From: Candidatus Spyradenecus sp.
Lineage (GTDB): Bacteria; Verrucomicrobiota; Verrucomicrobiia; Opitutales; UBA953
DNA: 64,000 nucleotides
Direction: 5' to 3'
NCBI GenBank assembly: GCA_045535075.1
Contig: JAZSKX010000017.1
Span: 96,001-160,000 of the forward strand
A program made the translations under genes and the position numbers. The notes beneath the pieces were generated by a model. The model did not search any database and was not told where the DNA came from. It was given only the letters and a program-made list of their open reading frames with translations. This document shows positions 31,576-41,526 of the stretch, piece by piece (the stretch's first letter is position 1; each line of letters begins with the position of its first letter).

Positions 31576-32508
31576 ATGAATAGCCAAGATTTTAGAATTG
31601 TTGTGCTTTGCGGCGCGCGTTCGCCGGAGCGCGAAGTGTCGATTCGCTCGGGAACGGCGTGCGCGGAAGCTCTGTGCGAAAATTTTCCGGAGATTGAATT
31701 GCGAGTTCTCGAAGAAAACACGCTCCCTGCGGATTTAAATCCGCAGCGCGATGTGATTTTTCCGGTAATTCACGGCGACTACGGAGAAGACGGAGAGATT
31801 CAGCGAGATTTGGAAGCGCGCGGATTCGCCTATGCCGGATGCGATTCCTCAGCGAGCGAAATTTGTATTGATAAATCCATTACAAAAAAAGTGATGCGGG
31901 AACACGGCGTTCCCGTGACGGACGATATCTCATTTTCGGCAAATGCACGGCCGGACGCGGAATCCGTTGTTGCGAGCCTCGGAGAATCACTTGTCGTAAA
32001 GCCGGCGGATAAGGGAAGCAGCGTCGGGCTTTTCCTGCCTACGGGAACTTCCGAGCTGAAGCGTGTTCTTGACGGAGATCTAAGCGCGGCGAGGAAATGG
32101 CTTATTGAGCCTCGCCTTTCCGGACGCGAACTTACGGTCGGACTACTTGACGGCAAGGCAATGGGAATCGTCGAAATTCGACCGAAAGTCGGCGTGTACG
32201 ATTTCACGAACAAATACACGAGCGGGAACACGGAATATCTTTTCCCTGCCCCGATTAAAGATGCAAGTGCCGAGAAAATTAAGAGATGCGCCGAACAGAT
32301 TTTTTCCTGTTGCGGATGCCGCGACTTCTCGCGTGCGGATGTCATCCTGCTGCCGGACGAGAGTTTTTACTTTCTCGAAGTCAACACAATGCCCGGACTG
32401 ACGGCAACAAGCCTCTTGCCGAAAAGCGCCTCGTGCGTCGGCTTAGATTTTCCCGCGCTAACGGCGGCGATGATTCGCCCCGCGATTGAGCGTTTTAAAA
32501 ATCGCTAA
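31576..32508 (+). CDS. ddl: D-alanine--D-alanine ligase
   Basis: SPEREVS, HGDYGEDG, VKPADKGSSVG, YDFTNKY, LEVNTMPG. Confidence 0.96.
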   Translation: MNSQDFRIVVLCGARSPEREVSIRSGTACAEALCENFPEIELRVLEENTLPADLNPQRDVIFPVIHGDYGEDGEIQRDLEARGFAYAGCDSSASEICIDKSITKKVMREHGVPVTDDISFSANARPDAESVVASLGESLVVKPADKGSSVGLFLPTGTSELKRVLDGDLSAARKWLIEPRLSGRELTVGLLDGKAMGIVEIRPKVGVYDFTNKYTSGNTEYLFPAPIKDASAEKIKRCAEQIFSCCGCRDFSRADVILLPDESFYFLEVNTMPGLTATSLLPKSASCVGLDFPALTAAMIRPAIERFKNR

Positions 32509-32543
32509 GTCGAAAAATTCCCGAAAGCCGTTTTGTTCCCGAA

Positions 32544-33797
32544 CTAACTTGCATTCAGCTCCCGAACGATTTCCGCGGGAGCGCGTTCTTCGTCGAGCAG
32601 TTTTTTCATGCGCGCCATGGTCGGTGCGGCGTGCGTGAAAAATCTTTTGTACGCGGCACAGAAATAATTCAACCCCGGCTCGCCGTCGGGCGATATGCAG
32701 AAGCGATGCTTGGGGCATTCGCCGTTGCAGGCAAAGCGCACGCCGCATTTTCGGCAAACGCGCGGGAGCGTTTTCAGCTTCATTTCGCCGAAACGTTTTT
32801 GCGCCTCTGAATTTGCCAACACGCCGAGCTTTTTTTCTAAGAGATTCCCGAGCCTGAACCGCGGATAAACAAAATGGTCGCAGGAAAAAACATCGCCGTT
32901 GTGTTCAAGCGCGAGTGCCTTGCCGCATTTTTCGCGAAAAACGCAAAGCGGCGCGGGAACGCCCGCCCAAGCACAAAGCGCAACATCAAAAAGCTGAACG
33001 AATGTTTTCCCGACATCGCGCCGCACCCAAACATCGTAAATTTCACAAAGAAATTTTCCGTAATCTTCCGGTTTTACGGACCACGGCATAACGTCGCTCC
33101 CGCCAAGATTTCCGCTCAACAAATCCGGCGCCGAAGCAAAGCGCATCGGAGCGTCGGCAGGCGGCGCAGGACGCTCGACAAGCGGGATAAACTGAATAAA
33201 GCCCGAGCCGATTTCCCGCAAAAATTCATAAACTTCAACTCCGCAGCGAACGTTGTGTTCGCCGACGACCGTCAGCGTATTGAATTCCGCTCCGAAACGC
33301 TTGAGCTGTGCGATTCCGTTCATCACCAAATCAAACGACGGCGTTCCCGCGCGCGTAACGCGATTGGCGTCGTGGCATTCCCGCGGGCCGTCGATGCTTA
33401 CGCCTACGAGAAATCCGTTGTCCGCCAAAAAAGCCGCCCAGTCTTCATTGATTAAAGTTCCGTTAGTCTGAAATGCGTTTTCAATGCGTTTCCCGTCGGC
33501 GTATTTTCTTTCAAGTTCGAGAACTTTTTTAAAAAAATCAATTCCGAGAAGCGATGGTTCGCCGCCCTGCCAAACGAAGCTAACCTCGGGAACGTCCTGC
33601 GCGGCAATGTAATCGCGAATAAACGTTTCGAGCACGGCATCGCTCATTTTCCATTCTTTTCTCTGCGGGAAAAGAGCCTGCTTTTCCAGATAATAACAAT
33701 ACGTGCAGTTCAGATTACAAATTGAACCGATCGGCTTTGCCATTACGTTAAACGCTTTCGGCTCGCCGTTGGCGGAAGTTTTCTTCGCGGACTTCAT
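32544..33797 (-). CDS. Anaerobic sulfatase maturase (radical SAM/SPASM)
   Basis: CNLNCTYC, WQGGEP, QTNG, SCDHFV, CxxC...CNGECPKHR. Confidence 0.93.
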   Translation of the reverse strand: MKSAKKTSANGEPKAFNVMAKPIGSICNLNCTYCYYLEKQALFPQRKEWKMSDAVLETFIRDYIAAQDVPEVSFVWQGGEPSLLGIDFFKKVLELERKYADGKRIENAFQTNGTLINEDWAAFLADNGFLVGVSIDGPRECHDANRVTRAGTPSFDLVMNGIAQLKRFGAEFNTLTVVGEHNVRCGVEVYEFLREIGSGFIQFIPLVERPAPPADAPMRFASAPDLLSGNLGGSDVMPWSVKPEDYGKFLCEIYDVWVRRDVGKTFVQLFDVALCAWAGVPAPLCVFREKCGKALALEHNGDVFSCDHFVYPRFRLGNLLEKKLGVLANSEAQKRFGEMKLKTLPRVCRKCGVRFACNGECPKHRFCISPDGEPGLNYFCAAYKRFFTHAAPTMARMKKLLDEERAPAEIVRELNAS

Positions 33798-33906
33798 GTC
33801 GTTTGTTTTACGCCGCCCGAGCGAAATTCGCAAACGGATTTAAGCCTGCGGAAACAAGTTGCGGACGGGATTTACAAAAATGCGGAAATTGGCTTAGGCT
33901 TGCGCT

Positions 33907-34731
33907 ATGATTTTTTGGAGTATTGCGGGAACGCTGTTTTTGGTCACGGCGCTTTGGCTTGGCGTTGCCGCGTGGCGGGACCGCCAAAACCGGGAGCGCT
34001 TTTTGTCGGCTCCGCTTCCGAAAAACTGGGCAAAACTCATTCGTATTCATGTGCCGATTGCCGAAAAAATCCCGCGGGAACTACGTCCGCGATATGCTCG
34101 CCGCATTAAAGCGTTTTTAATGGAAAAAACATTTGAACCCTGCGGCGGGCTTGCAGAAATCTCCGATAAAATTGCGCTTATCGTTGCCGCGAACGCGTCG
34201 TTGCTCGCACTCGGACGCGATGTTCCCGCGTGGCGCGCCTTGCATTCCGTTTTGATTTATCCGCGTGCGTTCCGCCTGGATTCTCCGGAAGACGATTATG
34301 CGGGGAGCGCCGAAAGTGAGATTTTACCGATTCCAGCCGAGGAAGAATCTGCGGAGAACGACGGCGAATCACGAAGCTTCGGGAGCGTTATTTTTTCACA
34401 GGAACGCATTCTGCGCGATTGCGCGTTTTCTTCCAATATTCAAAACGTCATCATCCATGAGTTCGCTCATCAGTTTGCCGACACGGAGCCGCTGTTTTTT
34501 CCGCGGGAACGACTCGCCGAATGGGAAACACTTTTTCAAAAAGAAATGGCGAAGCTTCAATCCGGAGCAAGCGACACCATTTTGGACGAATACGGCGCCG
34601 ACGATCCCGCCGAATTCTTTGCCGTAAGCACGGAAGCCTTTTTCGGAACACCGCAGGCGCTTCGCCGCGCACATCCGGAAGTTTATGCAGCGCTTGCCGC
34701 AATTTACGCGCTCGATCCCGCAAGCTGGTAA
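33907..34731 (+). CDS. MtfA-like (M90) zinc-dependent peptidase
   Basis: VLIYP, NVIIHEFAHQ, YGADDPAEFFAVSTEAFF. Confidence 0.88.
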   Translation: MIFWSIAGTLFLVTALWLGVAAWRDRQNRERFLSAPLPKNWAKLIRIHVPIAEKIPRELRPRYARRIKAFLMEKTFEPCGGLAEISDKIALIVAANASLLALGRDVPAWRALHSVLIYPRAFRLDSPEDDYAGSAESEILPIPAEEESAENDGESRSFGSVIFSQERILRDCAFSSNIQNVIIHEFAHQFADTEPLFFPRERLAEWETLFQKEMAKLQSGASDTILDEYGADDPAEFFAVSTEAFFGTPQALRRAHPEVYAALAAIYALDPASW

Positions 34732-34767
34732 TTCGTTTTGAGGGAATCGATGAGAGTTGAGGGCTGA

Positions 34768-35298
34768 GAGCTTAGAGGGAAATGCGTTCCCGCAAACGGG
34801 AAAAAGGATTTAGAAAACCTTTTTCGCGAAGCGAGGTGCAAATACCTATCATCTCTTACTTCTCCTCGCTCATCCGAAACTCTATTTATAGAGAACCAAA
34901 GAGCTCTGGATACACACATCAAATATTACAGCATCAAAGAGTTTTTTGATCATGAGGCGTGGAGGAACTTACAAAACAGGCTACCGAAATATTTTCTCTC
35001 CGTTCAATATTTTAACCGTCACGGAACTCTCGTCCGTTCTGAAAAAGAAAGCCTCGATGCCGGAACCGGAGAAAATTCTGCTTATTTCAGCCCGACATTA
35101 GAACCGAATTCAAGAGACGAACATTCAAGGAGATACATCTGCCTTTGGAGCTCAATGAGAATCAAAGCCACGGGCACGACCGACCGAATTTTAGCCATAA
35201 ATGACTATTCAAAGGAAATAAGAAAAGTTCATATCGAACTCCTGAAAAAAAACAAACAAAAGCGGAGAAACCTCGATTCTGAATCAATGGACCGTTGA
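34768..35298 (+). pseudogene. Low-GC start-less open frame (177 codons), probable gene remnant
   Basis: Stop-free frame 34768-35298 with no start codon near its 5' end; the in-frame ATG at 34750 is followed by TGA at 34765. Confidence 0.45.
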
Positions 35299-35323
35299 AT
35301 TGTAGCAATCGCCTTGCTCAAAA

Positions 35324-35354
35324 ATAAAGCCTCCGCGGGAACGGAGGCTTTATT
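35324..35354. terminator. ileS terminator with the 9-mer motif spanning the loop
   Basis: aataaagcctccg cgggaa cggaggctttatt. Confidence 0.8.
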
Positions 35355-35371
35355 GAAGCGACAGATTCGGA

Positions 35372-38182
35372 TTAAACTTCGTTCGGGAATTTCTCCTTAA
35401 GAGCGTCGCGGCAGCGCGAGGAAACTTTGCCGAACGTTCCCGCGTCGACGAGTTCCGGCATCCAGCGCCACGAGCGCGGGCAACGGACGTAGCCGAGCGT
35501 TTCCGCCTTTACGGCTTCAACGGCGAGCGGCGTTCCCGCAGGCGCATCGGAGAGGCGCACTTCCGAGACGATAAAGGTTTCCGCGAGCAAGGCGGCGTGC
35601 TTTTTCAAAAGCGCGAAGGTTGCATCGGCGGAATCGCCGGAAATCGTGAGCACGGCTTCGAGCGATTGCCCGATGACTTTCGCAGAGCGAAGCGCGTCGA
35701 GCTTCAGATTCACGTTGTCGAGCACTTTGAGCAACGCGTCGAATTCCGCCGCTTCTTTCTCGAAAACGCATTCCGGATTTACCTGCGGCCAATCCTGCAA
35801 AAGAACGGAATCCTTCGCGTATTCGTTTTTCGCCGTGAAAAATCCCCACGCTTCGTCCGTCGTAAACGGAAGCATCGGCGCGAGCATTTTGACGTAAGCC
35901 GTGAAAATCGTGTAAATCGCGGTTTGCGACGAACGGCGTTCCCGCGAGTTCGCGGCGTAGGTGTAAAGGCGGTCTTTGAGAATGTTGTGATAGGTTGCCG
36001 AAAGCGTTTCCACGGTAAACGCGGCGATGGCGGCGTAGGCTTTGTGGAATTCGCAGTTTTCGTAGTTCGCGGTAACGTCGGCGAGAAGGCGGAAGAATTT
36101 CGTGAGCGCCCACTTATCGATCAGCGTTAGCTCCGCAAACGGAACGGCGTCTTTCGCGGGATCGAAATCGTAAAGATTCGAAAGCTGGTAACGGAGCGTG
36201 TTGCGAATGTTGCGATACTGCGTTGCCGTCGCGTCGAGAATGCCGTCGGAAAGCGGAATATCGTTCTGATAATTTTCCGAAGCGATCCAAAGGCGAACGA
36301 TGTCGGCTCCGTATTTGGAAACGTAGCCGTCGGCGGTTTGCGGCTTGCCGTCGGACTTGGAAATTTTCTGGCGCGTGCCTTCGTTGACGACAAATCCGTG
36401 CGTGATGACTTTTTTATACGGTGCGCAGCCGAAATTGATAACGCTCGTCCACAGCGAAGATTGGAACCAGCCGCGATGCTGGTCGGAACCTTCGAGATAC
36501 AAGTCCGCCGGGAACGCGAGGTCCGCGTTGCGCTTCAAGACGGCGGCGGAAGACGAGCCGGAATCGATCCAAACGTCGAGCGTGTCCGTTCCCGCGACGA
36601 GTTTTTCCGGCGCCGGCCAGTTGGCGGGAACATCAATTCCCGCGAGTAGTTCCGCCGGGGATTTTTCAAACCAAATATCGGTTCCCGCGACGGCGATTTT
36701 GTCTGCGATACCGTTGATAACGTTTGCATCGAGAAACGCTTCGCGCGTGTCCGCGTCGTAGAAAACCGGAATCGGCACGCCCCAGGAGCGTTGGCGGGAA
36801 ATACACCAGTCCGGGCGACCTTCAACGGCGGCGCGAATGCGGTTTTCGCCGCTGGCGGGAATCCAGGAAACGTCGCCGATTTGGGCAAGCGCCTTGGCGC
36901 GCATACCGTTTTTGTCGAGCGCGACGAACCATTGGTCCATGGCGCGGAAAATCACCGGCGTTTTCGAGCGCCAGCAGTGCGGGTATTGGTGGTCGATTTT
37001 CGCGACTTTTAAAAGCTTGCCCGAAGCTTCGAGCAGTTTCAAAACTTCGATGTTTGCCGGGCATTTTCCGTTGGTATCCAAAACGGAGATACCGACGAGC
37101 GACGCGGGAACGCGACCGTCATTGGCGTAAACGCCTTCGTCGTTGACCGGACAATAAATTTCGATGCCGTAGCGCAGGCAGGTTTGGTAGTCTTCAAGCC
37201 CGTGCCCGCCGGCGGTGTGGACGCAGCCCGTTCCCGCGTCGGTCGTGATGTAATCGGCGCAAACGACGGGCGAAGTGCGCGCGCAAATCGGATGTTGCGT
37301 TTGAATGCCTTCGAGGGTTTTTCCGAGGACTTTCGCGCCGCGCGCCGCGCCTTCCAAGCCGCAATCGGCGATGAATTTTTCCGCGAGAGCGTCGGCAACG
37401 ATGTAAATTTTTCCGGCGTGGGAAATTTCGACGTATTCAAGTTCCGGATGCACGGCGACAGCCATGTTTGCGGGAATCGTCCACGGAGTCGTTGTCCAGA
37501 TGACAAAATTCTTTTCCGGCGCGTCGATTTGCGGGAACGCGACCCAAATTGACGGCGAGGTGTGGTTTTTGTATTCGATTTCGGCTTCAGCGAGCGCGGT
37601 TTTGCAGGGAATTGACCAGTAAACCGGCTTTTTGCTGCGGTAAATCAAATCGTTCGCGACCATGTTTGCGAAGGTGCGGACGATGTCGGCTTCGTAGGCG
37701 GGATTTTTCGTTTTGTATTCCGCCGCCCAGTCGGCGAGGATGCCGAGGCGCTTAAATTGTTTGCGCTGTTTTTCGATAAAGCTTTCGGAAAATTCGGCGC
37801 AGGCTTTGCGGATTTCGAGCGGCGTGAGCGTTTTTTCCTTGGCGTGGAGTTCTTTCATCACCTTGTGCTCAATCGGCAAGCCGTGGCAGTCCCAGCCGGG
37901 AACGTAGGGGACGCGGAAGCCGCGCATCGTTTTGTAGCGCATGATGATGTCCTTGAGGAGCTTGTTGAGCGCGGTGCCGATGTGCACGTCGCCGTTGGTG
38001 AACGGCGGCCCGTCGTGGAGAATGTAAGATTTTCCCGTTCCCGCGTTCTTTTGCTGAAGGCGGCTGTAAAGGTCTGTTTCCTCCCAAAACGCGATGCGCT
38101 TGGGTTCGCGGGAGGTGAGATTTGCCCGCATCGGGAAATCCGTTACGGGGAGATTCAAGGTGTCTTTAAGTTCCACTGCCAT
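35372..38182 (-). CDS. ileS: Isoleucine--tRNA ligase
   Basis: LHDGPP..NG..HIG, GWDCHGLPIE, WCISRQR, YLEGSDQHRGWF, KISKS (KMSKS). Confidence 0.98.
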   Translation of the reverse strand: MAVELKDTLNLPVTDFPMRANLTSREPKRIAFWEETDLYSRLQQKNAGTGKSYILHDGPPFTNGDVHIGTALNKLLKDIIMRYKTMRGFRVPYVPGWDCHGLPIEHKVMKELHAKEKTLTPLEIRKACAEFSESFIEKQRKQFKRLGILADWAAEYKTKNPAYEADIVRTFANMVANDLIYRSKKPVYWSIPCKTALAEAEIEYKNHTSPSIWVAFPQIDAPEKNFVIWTTTPWTIPANMAVAVHPELEYVEISHAGKIYIVADALAEKFIADCGLEGAARGAKVLGKTLEGIQTQHPICARTSPVVCADYITTDAGTGCVHTAGGHGLEDYQTCLRYGIEIYCPVNDEGVYANDGRVPASLVGISVLDTNGKCPANIEVLKLLEASGKLLKVAKIDHQYPHCWRSKTPVIFRAMDQWFVALDKNGMRAKALAQIGDVSWIPASGENRIRAAVEGRPDWCISRQRSWGVPIPVFYDADTREAFLDANVINGIADKIAVAGTDIWFEKSPAELLAGIDVPANWPAPEKLVAGTDTLDVWIDSGSSSAAVLKRNADLAFPADLYLEGSDQHRGWFQSSLWTSVINFGCAPYKKVITHGFVVNEGTRQKISKSDGKPQTADGYVSKYGADIVRLWIASENYQNDIPLSDGILDATATQYRNIRNTLRYQLSNLYDFDPAKDAVPFAELTLIDKWALTKFFRLLADVTANYENCEFHKAYAAIAAFTVETLSATYHNILKDRLYTYAANSRERRSSQTAIYTIFTAYVKMLAPMLPFTTDEAWGFFTAKNEYAKDSVLLQDWPQVNPECVFEKEAAEFDALLKVLDNVNLKLDALRSAKVIGQSLEAVLTISGDSADATFALLKKHAALLAETFIVSEVRLSDAPAGTPLAVEAVKAETLGYVRCPRSWRWMPELVDAGTFGKVSSRCRDALKEKFPNEV

Positions 38183-38326
38183 GATTAAATAGAGGACAAA
38201 AATTTTAAGCGGTAAGTATGTCTTTTTCCCCGTAAGCCGTCAACCACGGGAACTGATCGGTTTTCGCTCCACTGCAAAATAAAAGTCTGCTTGCATTACA
38301 CACATCTGTTGCGCATTATCTCCCCA

Positions 38327-39115
38327 ATGGCAAATACTACCGATTTGATAGGCGATAGCGTCCGAAGCCCGGAGCCAACAAAACTGTTTTGCATCTCGCT
38401 CAAAAGGTCTCCTTCCCGCCGGGAAAGTATGCAAAAATTCGCTAAAATTCCCGGAATAGAGTTTGCTTTTTTTGACGCCGTCGATGCGAAAACCGAAGAA
38501 TTGATTCCTTTTAAAGAACATTTTTATTGTTCCCGCACGGCAAATCTCTTGCGAGGACGGTCGCTTGAAGAAGGCGAAATCGCCTGTTTTGCATCGCATT
38601 TTCTACTTTGGGAAAAATGCATCAAGCTCAACGAACCGATTGTCGTTTGCGAAGACGACATTGAGCTTGCCGCCCACGAAGATTTTTTGGTGCGCCGAAT
38701 CCGGGAGATTCGCCAAGGCAATCACGAATACGTACGCCTTTTGGCAACGAAAAACAGGAAGACATACGCATTTGCGCCCGATTTAAAAATCGCGTTTGAT
38801 TCGCTCGCGGGAACGCAGGCTTATTACATTACTCCGGCTGCGGCGCGAAAATTTATTACCCATGCAAAAACATGGTTTATGCCGGTTGATGACTATATGG
38901 ATTTGTATTTTATTCACAAAGTTTTAAACATTGTCGCAGATTCCTTTCCCGTAAGAGGAACGGATTTTCCGTCGGATGTTGCTCGAAAACACGGAAAAAA
39001 ACGACGACTCTCGGGAACGAAAATCACCTCTGAACTTTTTCGTGTTTATCTGTTTTTGCGAAAAATTTTCTGGTTCGTGAAAAATCCGGCGCTCGCCAAA
39101 ATCGCGATTTCCTGA
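38327..39115 (+). CDS. Glycosyltransferase family 25
   Basis: ISLKRSPSRR, FFDAVD, GEIACFASH..LW, VCEDD, GTQAYYI, PVD. Confidence 0.92.
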   Translation: MANTTDLIGDSVRSPEPTKLFCISLKRSPSRRESMQKFAKIPGIEFAFFDAVDAKTEELIPFKEHFYCSRTANLLRGRSLEEGEIACFASHFLLWEKCIKLNEPIVVCEDDIELAAHEDFLVRRIREIRQGNHEYVRLLATKNRKTYAFAPDLKIAFDSLAGTQAYYITPAAARKFITHAKTWFMPVDDYMDLYFIHKVLNIVADSFPVRGTDFPSDVARKHGKKRRLSGTKITSELFRVYLFLRKIFWFVKNPALAKIAIS

Positions 39116-39254
39116 AAAATTCCCCTCCGAATGCGGGTGTTCGAAGCTTCGAACACTCTTTTCTTTTGCGCGTATTGCGGGAGAATGCTAGGATTCCTGC
39201 CAATTCGGAGCGCCTTTCGCGACTTTGAAAACTCAAAATACGACTCGCACATTC

Positions 39255-41072
39255 ATGAAACGCTTTCTCCCCTACTACTCGCTTCTTGCTGAAGTTCGTT
39301 GGACGTTTGCCATTGCCCTGCTCCTGGGCATTTTATCCGGGATCGCAAGCGGATTCGGGCTTCCCCTAATGCTTCAAAAAGTGCTTCCCGTTCTGTTTTC
39401 CGGAGAGGAAACCGCGCAGGCGCTCGTGCTTTTTGATCCCGCGTCCGAAACCGCAATCGGCTACGGCTTGGATTGGCTTCCCGCGCTTATCGTTCCCGCC
39501 GAACACGTTTTGGCATTTGCCATTTTGCTTTTGCCGATCGTATTCATTATCCGCGGCGCATCCATGTTCGGAAACACTTACCTGCTCAATGTTTGCGGAA
39601 TTCGCGTTTTGGAAGGCGTGCGCATGCGCCTGTTTTCGCACCTGCAAAAAATGCACTTGGACTTTTTCCGGAAACACAATTCCGGCGACCTCCTCAGCCG
39701 CACGATGGGCGATACCATGCTTGTCAAAAGCGTACTTGTCGAAGTGACGAACGACTTGCTTATCCAGCCGTTTACGCTTGCGGGAGCCGTCGGATTCGTG
39801 GTTTGGCAAGCGTTCCAAAGCTCGGCGACTCAGGAGTTTCTGCTGAGCCTTCTGCTCGTTCCCGCGACCGTTCTTCCGGTTCAAATTATCGGAAAACGCA
39901 TTCGTAAACGCTCGAAAGACGCACTAAAAAAGGCAGGAGAGCTTTCCGGAATTCTCACCGAAAGCCTTCAATCTCCGAAAGAAATCCGCGCTTACAATCT
40001 GCAGGAACGCGAGTGCTCTCGCTTTCGGGGATTTGTCCGTTCTTATTTGAAGCTTCAGCTCAAAGTCGTTAAGTACGACAAACTGCTAACGCCGCTGATT
40101 GAAATTCTTGCCGCCTGCACCGTTTCGTTCGCAGTCTATCGTGCCGCATGTGCCGGGCTTGATCAGGACACCGTCATCGCGCTCGTCGGCGCGCTTTATT
40201 TCGCCTACGATCCGATTAAAAAAATCGGGAAAGTAAACAACCGAATCAAGGAAGGCATGGCGGCACTCACTCGATTGGAGGAAATTATCAACGCTCCGGT
40301 TGAAGTCGCCGATCCCGCAAACCCGAAGCCGCTCAGCAACGTGCGCGGCGAAATTTTGTTTGAAAACGTTAATTTCGCTTACGATCCCGAAGAGCCGGTT
40401 TTGAAAAACATCACCTTCTCGGTAAAACCCGGAGAAACCGTCGCGCTTGTCGGTCCTTCCGGCGCCGGAAAAAGTACCGTCGTCAATTTGCTCCCGCGAT
40501 TTTACGACGTAATCGGCGGCAGTGTTAAAGTTGACGGCTTGGACGTGCGGGAACTGCTTCAGCACGAATTGCGTCAAAACATCGCGATCGTCTCCCAGGA
40601 ACCGATTCTATTTTCCGATTCGATTTACAACAACCTCCTGCTCGGGAAACCGGATGCCACGCGGGAAGAAGTTGAAAACGCCCTTAAACGTGCCGCAGCC
40701 TACGACTTTGTAATGTCACTCGAAAACGGCTGGGATACGGCTGTCGGCGAACGCGGCGGACGGCTTTCCGGCGGGCAGCGCCAACGCATCGCAATCGCAC
40801 GCGCGTTCCTCAAAAACGCTCCGATTCTCATCCTGGACGAAGCCACCTCCGCTCTCGACTCCGAAAGCGAAGCCGAAATTCAGGACGCGTTGGAAGAACT
40901 CGTTAAAGGGCGAACCACATTCATGATCGCCCATCGCTTCTCGTCAATCCGCACGGCAACACGAATTTTGGTTTTCGAATCCGGGAAAATCGTCGCCGAC
41001 GGTCCGCACGAAAAAGTTTACGCCGAATCCGAGCTCTATCGTGAACTCTATAACCGCCAATCCGTCGAATAA
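39255..41072 (+). CDS. MsbA-like ABC exporter (permease + ATPase)
   Basis: TM domain; GPSGAGKS, LSGGQRQRIAIARA, ILDEATSALD. Confidence 0.92.
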   Translation: MKRFLPYYSLLAEVRWTFAIALLLGILSGIASGFGLPLMLQKVLPVLFSGEETAQALVLFDPASETAIGYGLDWLPALIVPAEHVLAFAILLLPIVFIIRGASMFGNTYLLNVCGIRVLEGVRMRLFSHLQKMHLDFFRKHNSGDLLSRTMGDTMLVKSVLVEVTNDLLIQPFTLAGAVGFVVWQAFQSSATQEFLLSLLLVPATVLPVQIIGKRIRKRSKDALKKAGELSGILTESLQSPKEIRAYNLQERECSRFRGFVRSYLKLQLKVVKYDKLLTPLIEILAACTVSFAVYRAACAGLDQDTVIALVGALYFAYDPIKKIGKVNNRIKEGMAALTRLEEIINAPVEVADPANPKPLSNVRGEILFENVNFAYDPEEPVLKNITFSVKPGETVALVGPSGAGKSTVVNLLPRFYDVIGGSVKVDGLDVRELLQHELRQNIAIVSQEPILFSDSIYNNLLLGKPDATREEVENALKRAAAYDFVMSLENGWDTAVGERGGRLSGGQRQRIAIARAFLKNAPILILDEATSALDSESEAEIQDALEELVKGRTTFMIAHRFSSIRTATRILVFESGKIVADGPHEKVYAESELYRELYNRQSVE

Positions 41073-41079
41073 AATCCGT

Positions 41080-41108
41080 TTGACAAAGCCCGCGGGAACG
41101 GCGAGAAT
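41080..41108 (+). promoter_or_regulatory. Probable tRNA-Pro promoter with the 9-mer motif in its spacer
   Basis: TTGACA-aagcccGCGGGAACGgc (17 nt)-GAGAAT. Confidence 0.6.
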
Positions 41109-41123
41109 CGTTAACTCATTTTT

Positions 41124-41201
41124 CGGGCTGTAGCGCAGTCTGGCTAGCGCATTTGCATGGGGTGCAAAGGGTCGGAGGTTCGAATCCTCTCAGCCCGACC
41201 A
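41124..41201 (+). tRNA. tRNA-Pro (GGG)
   Basis: CGGGCTGTAGCGCAG...TTTGC ATGGGGT GCAAA...GGTTCGAATCC...CAGCCCGACCA. Confidence 0.96.
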
Positions 41202-41467
41202 TTTTCTCCAAAAATCGCCCGCAATCCTAATAAAATACAGGACTGCGGGCTTTTTCTTGCCGAAATTTCGGCAAAGGGAGAGCCGATTCGAAAAAGCGCA
41301 GAAACGCTTCAGAGCTTCACGCCAAGAGCGGCGGCAAGTAAGCGATTAACAGCGCGGGCGCGGGTTTCCAAGGTTCTATTTTTCGGGCAAGCAGGGAAAA
41401 ATGAATCCCATTCGATTTCAAAACGGCTCTTTTGTGTTTTGTTGTCTGGGCATAAGCTCAATTGAGC

Positions 41468-41502
41468 AACGCGTTCCCGCCAATCTCACGGGAACGCGTT
41501 TT
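41468..41502. terminator. glnA terminator built from a motif pair
   Basis: aacgcgttcccg ccaatctca cgggaacgcgtt. Confidence 0.8.
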
Positions 41503-41526
41503 TGTTGCTGCGGGAACAGCCTCGCC

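Noticed and set aside
32544..33797. Radical SAM/SPASM enzyme as a RiPP maturase
   Set aside because: Motifs match anaerobic sulfatase maturases and there is no adjacent precursor peptide or transporter
41157..41465. 102-aa ORF (also 31368-31574, 18608-18973, 45859-46152)
   Set aside because: These overlap tRNA genes and are spurious
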